A stretch of 64,000 nt of DNA from Euglena gracilis (taxonomy: Eukaryota). Location: the NCBI GenBank assembly GCA_039621445.1, contig CP154954.1, positions 3,477,715-3,541,714 of the forward strand, written 5' to 3'. Both the position numbers and the translations under genes were made by a program. The notes beneath the pieces were generated by a model. That model did not search any database and was not told the DNA's origin. It saw only the letters and a program-made list of their open reading frames with translations. The first letter of the stretch is position 1. Every line of letters starts with the position of its first letter. This document shows, piece after piece, positions 1 to 11,900 of the stretch.

Positions 1-249
1 AAGGGTATGCCATTTTTAACTTCAACGTTTTGTGTTGTGTGTGCGTGCAAATGCGTCCACAAACAAATTATGTTTGTGCGCATTTGCACGTTTTCGCTCA
101 CAAACACACATCAGTTGCGTGACGGCTGGCAAACACAGTATGTAGTATGAGATGCCATATCACTCCGTGTGTCCTAACGGGCGGCTGCAGTACCCAAGCC
201 AGTTGAGGCACCACGTCAGCACCAGTACCAATTGTCATGACAGCGGGTG

Positions 250-1760
250 TGCTTCTCACCTGTTTGACGTACAAGAGCACCAATCTCTCCCTTGGCACTT
301 TTTGCGTCACTCGGTCAGCAACATGTGTACCAAACCCCCTGGAGTTACAACCCTCTAACACGGGGTTGCAACAGTTCATAAACTGTTTTCCATGTTTCAG
401 GGAGTTAAAGGACACTGATGATTACCACAACTCTACGAGGTTTTGGGACGTAATAGGCGCGTTGGTGCGCGCATTTGCGCGCACAAATGATTTGCAAACA
501 AACAATTTGTTTGCGGCGCAAATGCGCGGGCAAACATTTAATCATTTACTTCAAAATAATGGATTTGTGTGAGCCTTAGCGCACACAAACAATTTGTTTG
601 TGGGCGCAAATGCGCGCACCAACGAATAATAGTTGTGCGATACCATCTCCTCGTCCGTGATGGCTGGCGAACGCAATTCCGCACACCAACCATTGATGAT
701 ACACACCACCAGTGCGTGGTGATGAAATTTGCGGTGAGAGGTAGCGCATGATGTTCACTTGAGCACGGCACCTGGCGTGAGGAAAATTGCCTGCCTTACG
801 TGTGCACGTTCTGCACTGCTGTTCCCCGGCCCGCAGGTCAGGTAGTTTTTGCACCATCGGTTTGGCAGTTAAGCGTATCAAATTGCGCAAACAACCTGCG
901 ACTGTTGGACACTTTTTCTGCAACAGTACTGTGTTGCCAGAATTCAAAATTTGGAACCTGGAATACCCAGGATGCGTCAAACCGGGAATCTGTTTTCCGG
1001 TGTTCGCCATCGTGTCTCCTCATTTCTCCCTTAGAAAACATGCAACGCACCAGCTTTGACACATAACTTGTGGGGGGCAAGTCCCACTGCTTTCATGCAA
1101 CCAATCGAGTGGTAAAGGTTCAACAATTCCTGCAAATAACGGGTGTTTGAGGGCTACGTTTCTCCGGCTGCTGGTTGCCATGAACTGCTGGTTGCCATGA
1201 ACTGGCACCACGTCGTCCCCCAGTCTCACGCCCCAGTTGCGGGGAATAACGTGGCCACTGACAGTGGGTGCTGTTGCTGGGGAGGTGGATGCCGGCTTGG
1301 TGGGCGCTGAGGCATCAGCAGCTGATGTGGCTGCAGCAGCGGAGCCCAAGCCGCGGGCTAGCGGCAAGGCCTTTGGGATCCTGAATTGGTGCCGGCGGAC
1401 GTGCACCGTTATCGGGGGGCTGCGTAACCACCTTCAGGAGATCCTCTCTCAACCATTCCTGGGACCTGTCACTACAGTAGAATTGGCCCCCTAATACCTG
1501 ATGTTGGGGAAGATGGTATGCTCGTTGGGGTTGAACCCTTCAGAAGCCAGTGAAGGTGGTTGTTGCAGGGCCGAGTGGTGTCGCTTCATTGGCAATTCAT
1601 TTGCGCTAAAGCGCGCGTCACTTTGTTCGCTGGCAAATAAGTGCAAATGAACCACTTGTGAAATTTTGGAATTTCTGCAACTGTTTCATTTGCTTTTCGT
1701 GCCCACCAACAGCATGACCCATGACAATAGCATGATGGACACATGAACCACCAGCGATTT
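250..1760 (+). mobile_element. Decayed Ty3/gypsy-like pol relic (RT/RNase H); copy near 44146-45657
   Basis: Ordered degenerate motifs RYHLLVRDGWRTQFRTP..QCVVMKFAV, GLAVKRIK..VGHFF..VLPEFKI..YPGCVK..F, ILSQPFL, SEASEGG; stops and frameshifts; no YxDD seen. Confidence 0.45.
457..626. mobile_element. 170-bp MITE with perfect 21-bp inverted repeat and TAATAG target duplication; copy near 44353-44523, relative at 43843-43996
   Basis: cgttggtgcgcgcatttgcgc at 460-480, its reverse complement at 604-624; taatag at 451-456 and 627-632. Confidence 0.85.
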
Positions 1761-2869
1761 ACCGGCGTTTGACGGTTGTGTATTTTGTCGCATTGAACAT
1801 AATTTTTTTGTGTAGTGTATTTGCGCACACAAGCACAATTTTTGCCTATGGACTGACGCCATTGATAAACAGTATCACAAACCCACCAAATTATATTTCT
1901 CGACGTTCTACTGGTTCGCGCCATCATGGCCTCTTTGTCACACTGTTCATCAACGGTGTCAGTTCATGAGCGCTAAAGCCCAACCCTTGAAGGACAAAAT
2001 ATTGTGTTTATGGGTGCAAATGAACGCACCAACATATTGTGTTACTGCGCCTGTTTGCGCCCATGAACACAATTTTGTTCTTCAAGGGTTGGGCTTCTTC
2101 TTCCGGGTTCTTTGCAACAAAACTGGTTGTGCGGATCCTGGGCATAAGCGGGAGACACCCGTCCCTTTCATCCCCTGTGGACCCTATTTCTTCCCCCCTG
2201 CACATCATTTGCCAAACCCCCTGCACCTACCTTCCTTACCCTACACCCTTCACCCCATCCTACACCCTTCACCCTACACTCACACACTTTGTCACTCTGT
2301 GGCCACACTTTGCAAAATTTGTCAAAAACACCACACCAAGGAGCGCAAGAAAGCAATCCGGCAAACACGCAGGACACACACCGCGTTCAGGTTCACCCGG
2401 GGAAACAGTTGAAAAGAGCAAGAAGGGCAGTAAAGGCCCTGTTCCTTTGCGGCTTTTTTTGCGTCTTTTTCACTCCCAGGGAGGAAGGTTCCGGGGAATC
2501 GACGTGCGGAGCCCATTTCCAGAACCCCAAAACACCATTTTTGACCAAAGTCCCAGTGGTACAACCCCCAAAAAACAGAATTTTGCTCATTTTTTGCATT
2601 CTCTTGTCACCATGTTTTCAAACCCCCCCCACAGCCACACAGCCGAAATAAATATTTTTGTTAATTTGCGCATGTGCGCAAACCAACACCAAAAAAGCTC
2701 AAGTGCGAATCCGGCCGCCTAAGCCTGACCTGGGGGGTCCTGCGGACCTGCGGGGGTCCTGGGGGGTCCTGGGGAAGAAATTAGCCATGTCCCGTTGGGG
2801 GCCCCCCCCCCCCGATGGCGGGAGGCCGTGGTGGGAGACGCCCCCCCCCCCCGGCCCCCGGGCCTGGGC

Positions 2870-2949
2870 GGGGGTTTGTACTGCCGCAGGCCGGTGAGTG
2901 TGAGGGACTCCGGAGGGGCGTCCAGCCCGAGGGAGGGCCGCAGGTGGCC
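2870..2949 (-). CDS. Exon GHLRPSLGLDAPPESLTLTGLRQYKP(P)
   Basis: aag| acceptor; followed by GCC-CAG non-conventional 5' end. Confidence 0.7.
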
Positions 2950-5900
2950 CTTCGGGGGGGACAGCGGGGCGACAGTGGGGCCCCCCAGCCCCCCGAGGAG
3001 TGGCGAGGGGGGCCGGTGGAGGATCGGGAGGGAGGGATGAGCAGGGCTGGACGGAAAAAAACTGGTGGGCCCCCCAGGGGCCAAACCAACCAACCGAAGA
3101 ATGCCTGAAAACCCCCAAGTGAAACGAACTAAATAATGTGAAAGGCCCTCAAAGAAAAGAAATAGTGTGCACGGAAAACAAAAAACCATGAAAAAGCAGA
3201 AAAATCGTGAATGACAAAATCCCACCGCACAAACGGCCCTGCAACCTAGGGCCCGCCCTGTGGTTTGTGCGAGTCCACCACAGAACCCGCCCGCCCACAC
3301 CCTTCCGCGTCGACACGTCCGCAGAGAGAAGCAGAAGGGCGGGCCGGGGGCCCGCCCCCCCCCAGCCAGGCCCAGGCGGGCCCAGGACGGGGGGGGCACA
3401 GCAACCAACATGCCGGAAGACCCGTCTTTAATGGACCCCGTCCAACAAAGGGAAAAGGGCTGGCGGAAAAAGCCCCCCCCCCCCCTAGGGGCCGGGCGAG
3501 CGACCCAGGGTCGAACCGAAAAAAAAAAAAAAAAATACACAAAAATGCCCAAAACAGGGAGGAAAAAAATCCAACCCACGCAGACCGGGCCCCACCCACA
3601 AAGAACCGGAGTAAAGGACCCCGGGACCACTCAACTAAAAAAAAGCCCAGAACCCGAAGGGCAGAAAAAAATAAAATGAAAAATGAAAAGCGCTGACAAA
3701 AAAAAAAAAAACCCAAAAAGGACGGCAAAAAAAAAAATCCACATCCACAGCCAGGAAAAGAAGAGAGCCAACATGTGCGCACACAAAAAAACCCTCACAG
3801 CGGCACCTGCCCCTCTGGGACGTCCCCTCAGCGAAGCTCGACAAACGCCCCGTGGTGAAAAAGGCTGGGGGAAGGCGCCCCCCCCCCCCCCGGGCCTGCG
3901 ACCAAAGGCCGCACGGTGGACCCAGAAACACGCCCACACAGCACCAAAAGATGGGCCGAGCAAAAAAAACCCCCCCCCCCCCCCCCAAAACACCAACCGA
4001 GCAAAAAAACGCAAAATACCACGCTTTTTGAGCAATGTGTATGTGACCAGCCATGAAAATCACAAAAATCATAAAAATCATGAAATCAGCGGTGAAAAAT
4101 CATTGTGAGATTTTTTTGGCCAGAAAAAAATGTGTGGTTTCCCGCCTGGAGCCGACTGGACCGGCCCCCCGCCTCGATGTCCTTGGTGACGTCCGCGAAG
4201 ATGGTTGCGCCTTCAGGCCACACGCCGTTCCGCAGCAGCTGCAGGGCAGAGTGCGGGCCGGCCGGGGGCCAGGCCCTCCCCGCCAGCCAGGCCCCAGGCG
4301 GGGCCGGCCAGGACGATGGGGATCTGCCGGTACAGCAACTGATTGCTGACCCGGGGGCGGGGCGTCTTTTAACGACCCCGGGGTGCCAGCTCAGAGGCTG
4401 GAAAATGTGGGCTGGCGGGAAAAACGGCTGCTGGCTGCCCCCCCCCCCCTAGGGGTCCCGGGCTGGAGCGACCCAGGGTCGAACCGGGTACCAAAAAATC
4501 AAAAATGAAAAAATGTCCAAAAAAACTGCCAATTTGGCTGGAAAAAAATCGATTATTTGACCCAAATTTGCCCTGGCTGGCCTTATTCCATCCCATTTTC
4601 ACCCATTATTGACCCATTTTTGGCCCATTTTTGCACCTCTGAAAGCGATAAATCCGTTACCGCCCAGTCGCCCGAAGGGCGGCTGGAAATAAATAAAACT
4701 CGAGGGGTGGGGAGGGGATCCCGGGCTGAAAAAGGCTGCTGGCTGGAAAAAGGCTGCTGGCTGGCTGGACCCCCCTGGGGGTGGGGTCAAATTCTCTTTA
4801 GCAACGCCCTGCCCTGGGGTGCCCGCAGCCGCGGGCAGCACTTAAGCGGGCACACCAGCCACACAACGTCCCCAGTGATGCGCAATCACACAAATAATAA
4901 CAAACACAGAGCACGCACATAATATCTGCAAACGCTTGACGCTGTGGTGTGCTGTGCTGTGGCTGTGCCGTGCTGTTGTGAGCCGTGGTGTGGTGTGGCG
5001 TGCCACGTTGTGCCGCGGCAGTGTCGTGTGCCGTGCTGTGCTGTGGTGCATTGTGCCGCGTTGTGCTGTGGCTGTCTTTGTGGAGCACGACACGCCACAG
5101 CACGGCGCACCACGGTGCGTGAATGGCCGAGGCACAGCAGGGCATCGCCTCCCCCCCCCCCCAGCCGGGGCGGAGGTCCTTGCGGCATTCCACCAGCTCC
5201 CCAGCGACGCGGTGGTGCCGGCTGCGCACGAGGAACTGCCTCGGGTGTTCCATGTTGTGGGTGCGGCTGTACAGCCGCGCCGCGACGGAGTTGATGTGGA
5301 CCCGCCCCCGGGGCCGCCCGGGGGGTGCGTTCGTGTGCCCGCAGAGCCCTGGCTGAGACGGCGGACAAAACGGCGCGTCAGTTTGAAGCGGGGGGAAAAA
5401 GAAGTGACCCCTGTGGGCTTCCTGCAGGGGGGGGGGGGCAGACCTGAACCACCCCAAACGTTCCACCGGGCTTTGCCTCAGAGTTGGCTGCTGGTTCTGG
5501 GGGGGGGGGCGGTGCACCTCGTCCGTGACACACAACACTTTGTAGCTGACCGCCGAGGGGGGGGGGGCGGATTCGCTGGAGGTCAACGCAGAGTTTGGGG
5601 GGAAGTCAGCCGGGTGGAAGCCCCAAAGAACCCCGACCTGAACAGTGGTGTGGCACAGAAGAAGGGACGCCTGGACGCCTGGTGGACTGAACGTCCCGGC
5701 CAGAAGTCGATGGGGAAGGGTGGGAGCGTGGGAGTGTGCTGGCTCGGGGCAGGGCTGTCTTCCTTGGCACCCCCCACTGCGGCGCTGTTTGATTCTCTCC
5801 CCCCCCACTCTGTCCATGAGATACGTTAGGGCAACCAATGAAGTTAGGGCGTTGGACTCCTCGCACCCGATTGGTTGTTTTGCGTCTTTGCCACTACTTC

Positions 5901-8900
5901 GGTCCAGACACCGCTTCGGCGGCAATGGGGGGGCCCCATGCTGGGGGGAAGGGGATGCACTTTGGCTTCTGGCTGGGTTAAGGCCTGGCGCTGCAGTCCG
6001 CTCTGGCTCTTTCTTCCGAGCAGCTCCGAATAATTGTCTGACCCCGTATCTCCATTTTGCGTTTTCTGCGCCCTCCCCCTCCCCCTCACCGCGTGCAGAA
6101 GAACCGCATGGTGATGTGGAGGGGATTTGGCGGCCACTTTTGGCCAATCCTGGCTGACCCCCCAGGGGGATCCAGGACCAAAAACCAGGCAGTCACTCCG
6201 AGAAAAACCCAGCCGCTCACCCCCAGGGGTGTGGGGTTGGACACACCGAGAGCAATGGTGTGATCGGGACTTTGGCTTCGTGGGTGTTTTGCGCCATCCT
6301 TGCATGTGCGCTGTTCCCCGGTAACCCCCCCAAATAACCTGGCGGGGTCCTTGCTCCTGGCGGGGGCCAAACAACTTGGCGGGGGGAGGGGCAAAAAGGA
6401 TGGTTCCAGTAACTGGGCAAAATTCCTTCAGGGCGTCAAGGGTTAAGGGGCCCAAATAATCTGGCGGGGAGGGGGGCAGGGACAAAAGTTGGTTCCAATA
6501 ACTTGGCACCCCGCCAGGTTATTTAGGGCTGCCCCGCCCTCCCCCGGCTCCGGGAGGGGCCCGGGCCTCCCCGGCCGCTCCTCCGGCAGCAGCGTCTCCA
6601 GCACCGTGTCCTTCAGCGCGGGGCAGAAGCACACCGCGCTGTCCAGGTCGTCCCCGCGGTGCGCCCCGCACCTGTGGGCCGGCGGAGTGCAGGGGGGGGG
6701 GACGTCCCCGACTGCCGCTGTGAGCCCAACCAAGGATTCTTTTCAGACCGGGTCCCTGGCGGGCGGGCGGGGGTCCAGGGGACGTCTTGGGAGGGCGCCC
6801 CCCCCCCACCCACCCACCCACCCAGGGGGCACCCCAGTGATGGGGAGGGGGGTTCCGGGGACCACTTTTGGGGGGTCAATCATGGGGGTCCAAAAAAACT
6901 CAGCGCTGCGGCCCGAAAACTGAGGAAACCCCCCCCCTCCGGGACTAGACGCCAGGCCCGGGTGTAGCTTCCAGACCCCCCTGGCCTCGACGCTAGGCCC
7001 CACTCCGGGGGGGGGGGGGTCCAATGGACCCCCCCACCCCCTCTCCCAGGGTCCAACCTCTGGGCCCAGCCACCCTTTTTTGATTTGATCACAACCGGGG
7101 TGGAAAACCAGCCAGTCGCCCCTTGAACACCGGAGGGGGGGTGTCCCGAGGAGGAGAAAAAAAGGACAAACCCTTCCAGGGAGGGGAAGTGAATTTGATT
7201 GGGTGTGGGCAGCGCTGCGCTTATCAAGCGCACACCCAGAGGCGTACACTGACGCGCGCAAACAGTTGTGTGGCCGAAATGTCCTTTCACATTCACAAAA
7301 AAATACAAAAGCCTCCTCCGGCTTTACATTTGGGTGGGATTTCAAGGCTTGTGGGGGGAGCAAAGTTGTTCTTGAAGGAACGCTATGGACTTTCACTTCA
7401 TTCAACTGAGGTCAATTCGACATCAACTTTCCTACCTGCATCTGTCAATTCTTCCCTGAGTTGTGCCACGTGCAAAACCGATGTGATTTTTCGCAGACAA
7501 AAGTTCATCATTGATTCATGAAAAACAATCCTTGCGGTCCTTGGAACGCATTTATTTGGGGAGCAGGGGCTTTCTGCACACGTTTCAAAGCCAGTACGGA
7601 ATGGGGCGGCTTTGTGTTTGGGTCTTCCAATTCGGGGGGGGGGGGGCAGGCAACGTGGCACACTGTGCCCACCCACCGCAACACACACCTGTGTGGGCAG
7701 AGGGTGATGAGGCCCAGCGCCTCCAGTTCGTTCAAGTTGCCGGTGGTGTGGATGGGGTCAAGGTCGAGCAGCCCGGCGGTCACCTCCATCACGGTGGGGA
7801 GGAAGGCCGAGATGCCCGGCTGCGCCGTGATGGATGGGCGCGCCGGGCCACTTGGGGCCAGCGTGGGGAGGGAGGGGGAGTGGAAGCCCAAGCACCCGGG
7901 TCAGGCTGCGGTCCTCTGTGGCCTCTGAGCTGAACCCGTCCACGGAGGGGGGGGGGGTCGCTAAGCCACGCCTTGAATACCCCCTAAAACGCGTGGCATT
8001 GAACTTGAGGATTTTTTTGTGTGTTTCCGTTGGAAATGGGGAAGGGAGGCCACAACGAAGAGATTGGTGCAGAGTCTGTAAGTGTGTATTTATCCACCAG
8101 TGCCCAACTATCCTGATTTCTGGACCTCCCTAACAGGGTAAAAAGCAGGTGAGCAGTGATGAGGGCTAGGTATTGGGCGTGCATCAAGAAAGGGCAGGTG
8201 GGTGTCACTGCTGGCAGATCACCTGTTTTTGATTGGGGCCTCTTTGGCTTGATGCAACCTTTTTCCTACACAGTTGAGACTTGGCATTTCAAATCCTCCT
8301 TGACTCCACTTTTCCACTTAAAATGCAAAGAAATTTGGCACAAATGGAAAATGGAGTCTGAATACTGAACCTCTTCAAACTGGCCGCTAACCAAACGAGT
8401 ACATTTATTTCGCCTTTTGCACAGTTTTCTTGTGTTTTAAGTTCATGCTGTCCCCTCCGCCACGGGATGCGTGGGCATTCATAAGTGGGCCTGACCCAAA
8501 AATTTCAAGCTGCCCCTCCCCTCAGCTCATTGGCTCTGGCATGTAATTCCAACGGCCAGGGGGGGGGGGTGAATACGTGGGAGGGGTGGGCAGGATTGGT
8601 CTTCGCCTAATTACTGTCTCCTTTCACTTGGGCGTGGTGGTGTTGTGTGGTGTTGGTTCGTGGTGTTGTCCCCATCTGGGCCTGGCCCTGGTCGAACCGG
8701 GTACCAAAAAAGATAAAATAACAAAAAGGTCATGAACAGCCAATCACACAAAAAAAAGACCACCGACCCAAGAATTGAACTGCAGTTTCGACCCATCTTC
8801 GACCCATTTTTGAACCCGCTTGCATCCATCCCCTGCCGATCCCCCCGCCCCCCCCCCCTGGTTGTGGGGCCAGACACGGGTGCAAGTGGCGGGATGGTTG

Positions 8901-11900
8901 CAATCACCTTCAGCATCCGCTGCTGCAGGAAGGGCAGCAGGTCGAACAGGTGGAACATCTTGAGCGTCAGGGCCTGGTGAGACCCCGGGGGGCGACGCTC
9001 GGGAGGGGTTGGCAGTAGAAGCGGGGGGGGGGGGGGGCTGGTACAGGTTGATACCATGCTGAAAACTGGAAACCTTGCGGGGGGTCTGAGAGCGTTTTGA
9101 AGTGGCAGTGCCGGGAGGCATTGCCACTCCGGTGGGCAGCCTGGTTGACACCTCAGACCCCGTCCGAGTTGGTGGGTCAACAAAAAGACCACAGGTCGTG
9201 GTTCTGGGGGGTGGGGCTGTGTTCTTCACACAATCCATCTCTCACCAAGGTTATATTGTTTGGTGGCCATGCATTTACACACGTCTTATTGCGCAGGTTG
9301 TTTTTGACGAGCCCCATTCTTCTCCACCGGTTTCTGACAGACTCACACCAAAAAAAGGCCCATTCCCGCGAGAGAAGCAGACTCTGTCAACTGCAGGGAA
9401 TTCCAAGCTCCACGCCACTTGGCAACGGCATTCCAAACGGAGCGTGTGGGACGTCTCCGAAGCGCATGGCTTCTGATGAGACGGGCAGGCAAGACAGCGG
9501 GCCGGGCCAGCACGTGGCGGGGGTGCTGGGGGGGCACAGGGTCCGACCGGGGCACGATGGGGCAGAGGGCCGTCCAGCTGCGGTCCGCCAACGCGGCCAG
9601 CGCCGCCGCCGGGCGGTCCGCGGTGTCCGCGTCCGCCCACCCGCCGCGCAGGAACTGGCCCGCCGCCGCCGCCACGCTCTGTAGGTGTCCCGCCCAGGGC
9701 ACCTCTGCTCGGGGGGCGGGCTGCTACCAACGGCGTCGGGGGGGGGGCACCCATCATTGGGGGACGCAAAGGGAGAGAGGCTGTGCTGTGATGTGCTGTG
9801 CTGTGTGCTGTGCTGTGCTGTGCTGTGCTGTGCTGTGCTGTGCTGTGCTGTGCTGTGCTGTGCTGTGCTGTGTGTGCTGTGCTGTGCTGTGCTGTGCTGT
9901 GCTGTGCTGTGCTGTGCTGTGCTGTGCTGTGCTGTGCTGTGCTGTGCTGTGCTGTGCTGTGCTGTGCTGTGCTGTGCTGTGCTGCGCTGCGCTGTGCTGT
10001 ATGCTGTGCTGTGTGCTGAGCTGTGCTGTGCTCCTGTTGCGGGACTCAGTTTCCCGGCTCCCAAGGCCTTCAGCGCAGCACAGTGCAGCAGAGCACAGCC
10101 CAACTCAATGCACACAGTCACAGTGATGGAGTTCAAGGGGCTTCCCTGGCCCCGCCGTCCGCGCCATCACAGTCTCCACCAAAGCGGCCTCCGGGCGGCC
10201 CCCAAGTAGTGCTGCGGGGGCGGGCCGGGGGGAGGGGGCGCCGATCCCCTTTCTGTCCTCTGCCGACAGAAGGGATGACTTTCCGGCGATCGCCGCCGTT
10301 TGCGGGGCTCACTTTGACCTGGACTCTGCGTCTGTGGGGGTCCCGCTTCCATTGGGGCCCAGCCCAAAAACCACACAAATTCGGCCAAAACCCACCAAAG
10401 TTTTTCGGCCAACCCAGCTGGACGGGTTCGCTATTGTTTTGTGTGCCAGACCCACCGCCCGGGGGGGGGGGGGGGCAGCCAGGCCCCCCCCACAAAGGTC
10501 AAAATTTCCCTTCCACTTTGGCCTAATTATTTTTTGCATTTTGATAAATAACAAAAAATATTTCTCGGGCGGCCCAACTCGCACTTAAGGTCTTGATTTT
10601 TGTATTGCACTTCAGCGCAATGCTGAAGCCTTTTTCAAACCCAGCGGTGAAACCCACCCTTTTGAGAGGCTGCCTGGCATACCCATAGGCACTTAACCCG
10701 GTTCTGCCCCGGGGGTGGGGGGGGTCAAAAGCGAGTGAGTGGGGTTTGGGGCCGTTGGACACCGCGCTGCACCTCAACCACCAAGGGAAACACACACTTT
10801 CTGCACAAGTTGGCCACCTCAGGAGCCGAGAGACAGACGGTGTGCCCAGTTCTTTAGGGCACCTTGCCCATGTAGGTGGGGGCTGAAGGGCCCCAGCGCG
10901 CCGGATGATCTGACAGTTCAGCCCCTCCCACCCCCCCCACAATCAGTAAAGGGTGCATTACAGGAGATACAGGCTGGGGTCCTACTGGAATGGCCGCACT
11001 TAACGGAGAGAGGTCCGCCATCAGAGCACCGGTGCTCTGGCTGGAGGGGAACGCTGAATGGCAAAACTTGCCAAACCACGAGCATGTTGCAATTTGCTTC
11101 GTTGCAACAGGAACACACCTCCCACCCCCCTGGGGGTCAAAACCCACCTCGAAAACCTGCCCACCCCCTGGGGTCGGGTCACGCTTGGGTGAAGTGTCTC
11201 TATGGTACAGACAACTCAGGAAGAACAGAGGGGAAAGACCGGTCCCTGCGAGGACAGCGGGTACAAAGGGGAGAGGACAGTTTCCGGGGGGGGGGGGTAT
11301 ACTGGCAAACACCCTCCCCCAAATACAACCCCGATTGTCCGAATTTCGCAACAGAACATTCTCGTTGGAACGTTAGAAGGGAAAAGTGTGGTCTCGACTG
11401 CCACAATTACATCCAAAAGCCATCCAGCAGGGGATGTGGTCAGCTGGTCACACGCATCCATCGTCAGTCGGGTTGTCCGCCGTGCGCCAACCCAAAAAAA
11501 TGACCATTCTTCCAATTTTTTATCTGGTTTTTTTTTGGCGTTTTGCGCCATTCCCCAACACGCTTTCGCTTGCTGACGCCAAGGAACATTTCTTTCAACC
11601 TGGTGGAATGAACCCCCCCCACCCCAGCCCGGGCAGCAGCTCGGTGACCTGGGCCTTGTCCAGCGTGGGGAGCTCCAACAGTTGGTGCCAGGGAGGCCCA
11701 CCCGTTCGGAACAAACTGGGCGGGGGGTCAGGTCGTGCGGCCACCACAGGGCCAAGGGCAGTGAGGTCAAGCCAGGGGTGTGCTCACTGCACAGAGCGCA
11801 GCGGTATACACACATACGCATATAATTACAGATGCACATATACATATATACATACATATAGAGAGAGTATACATATATTTGTATATATACACACACATAT

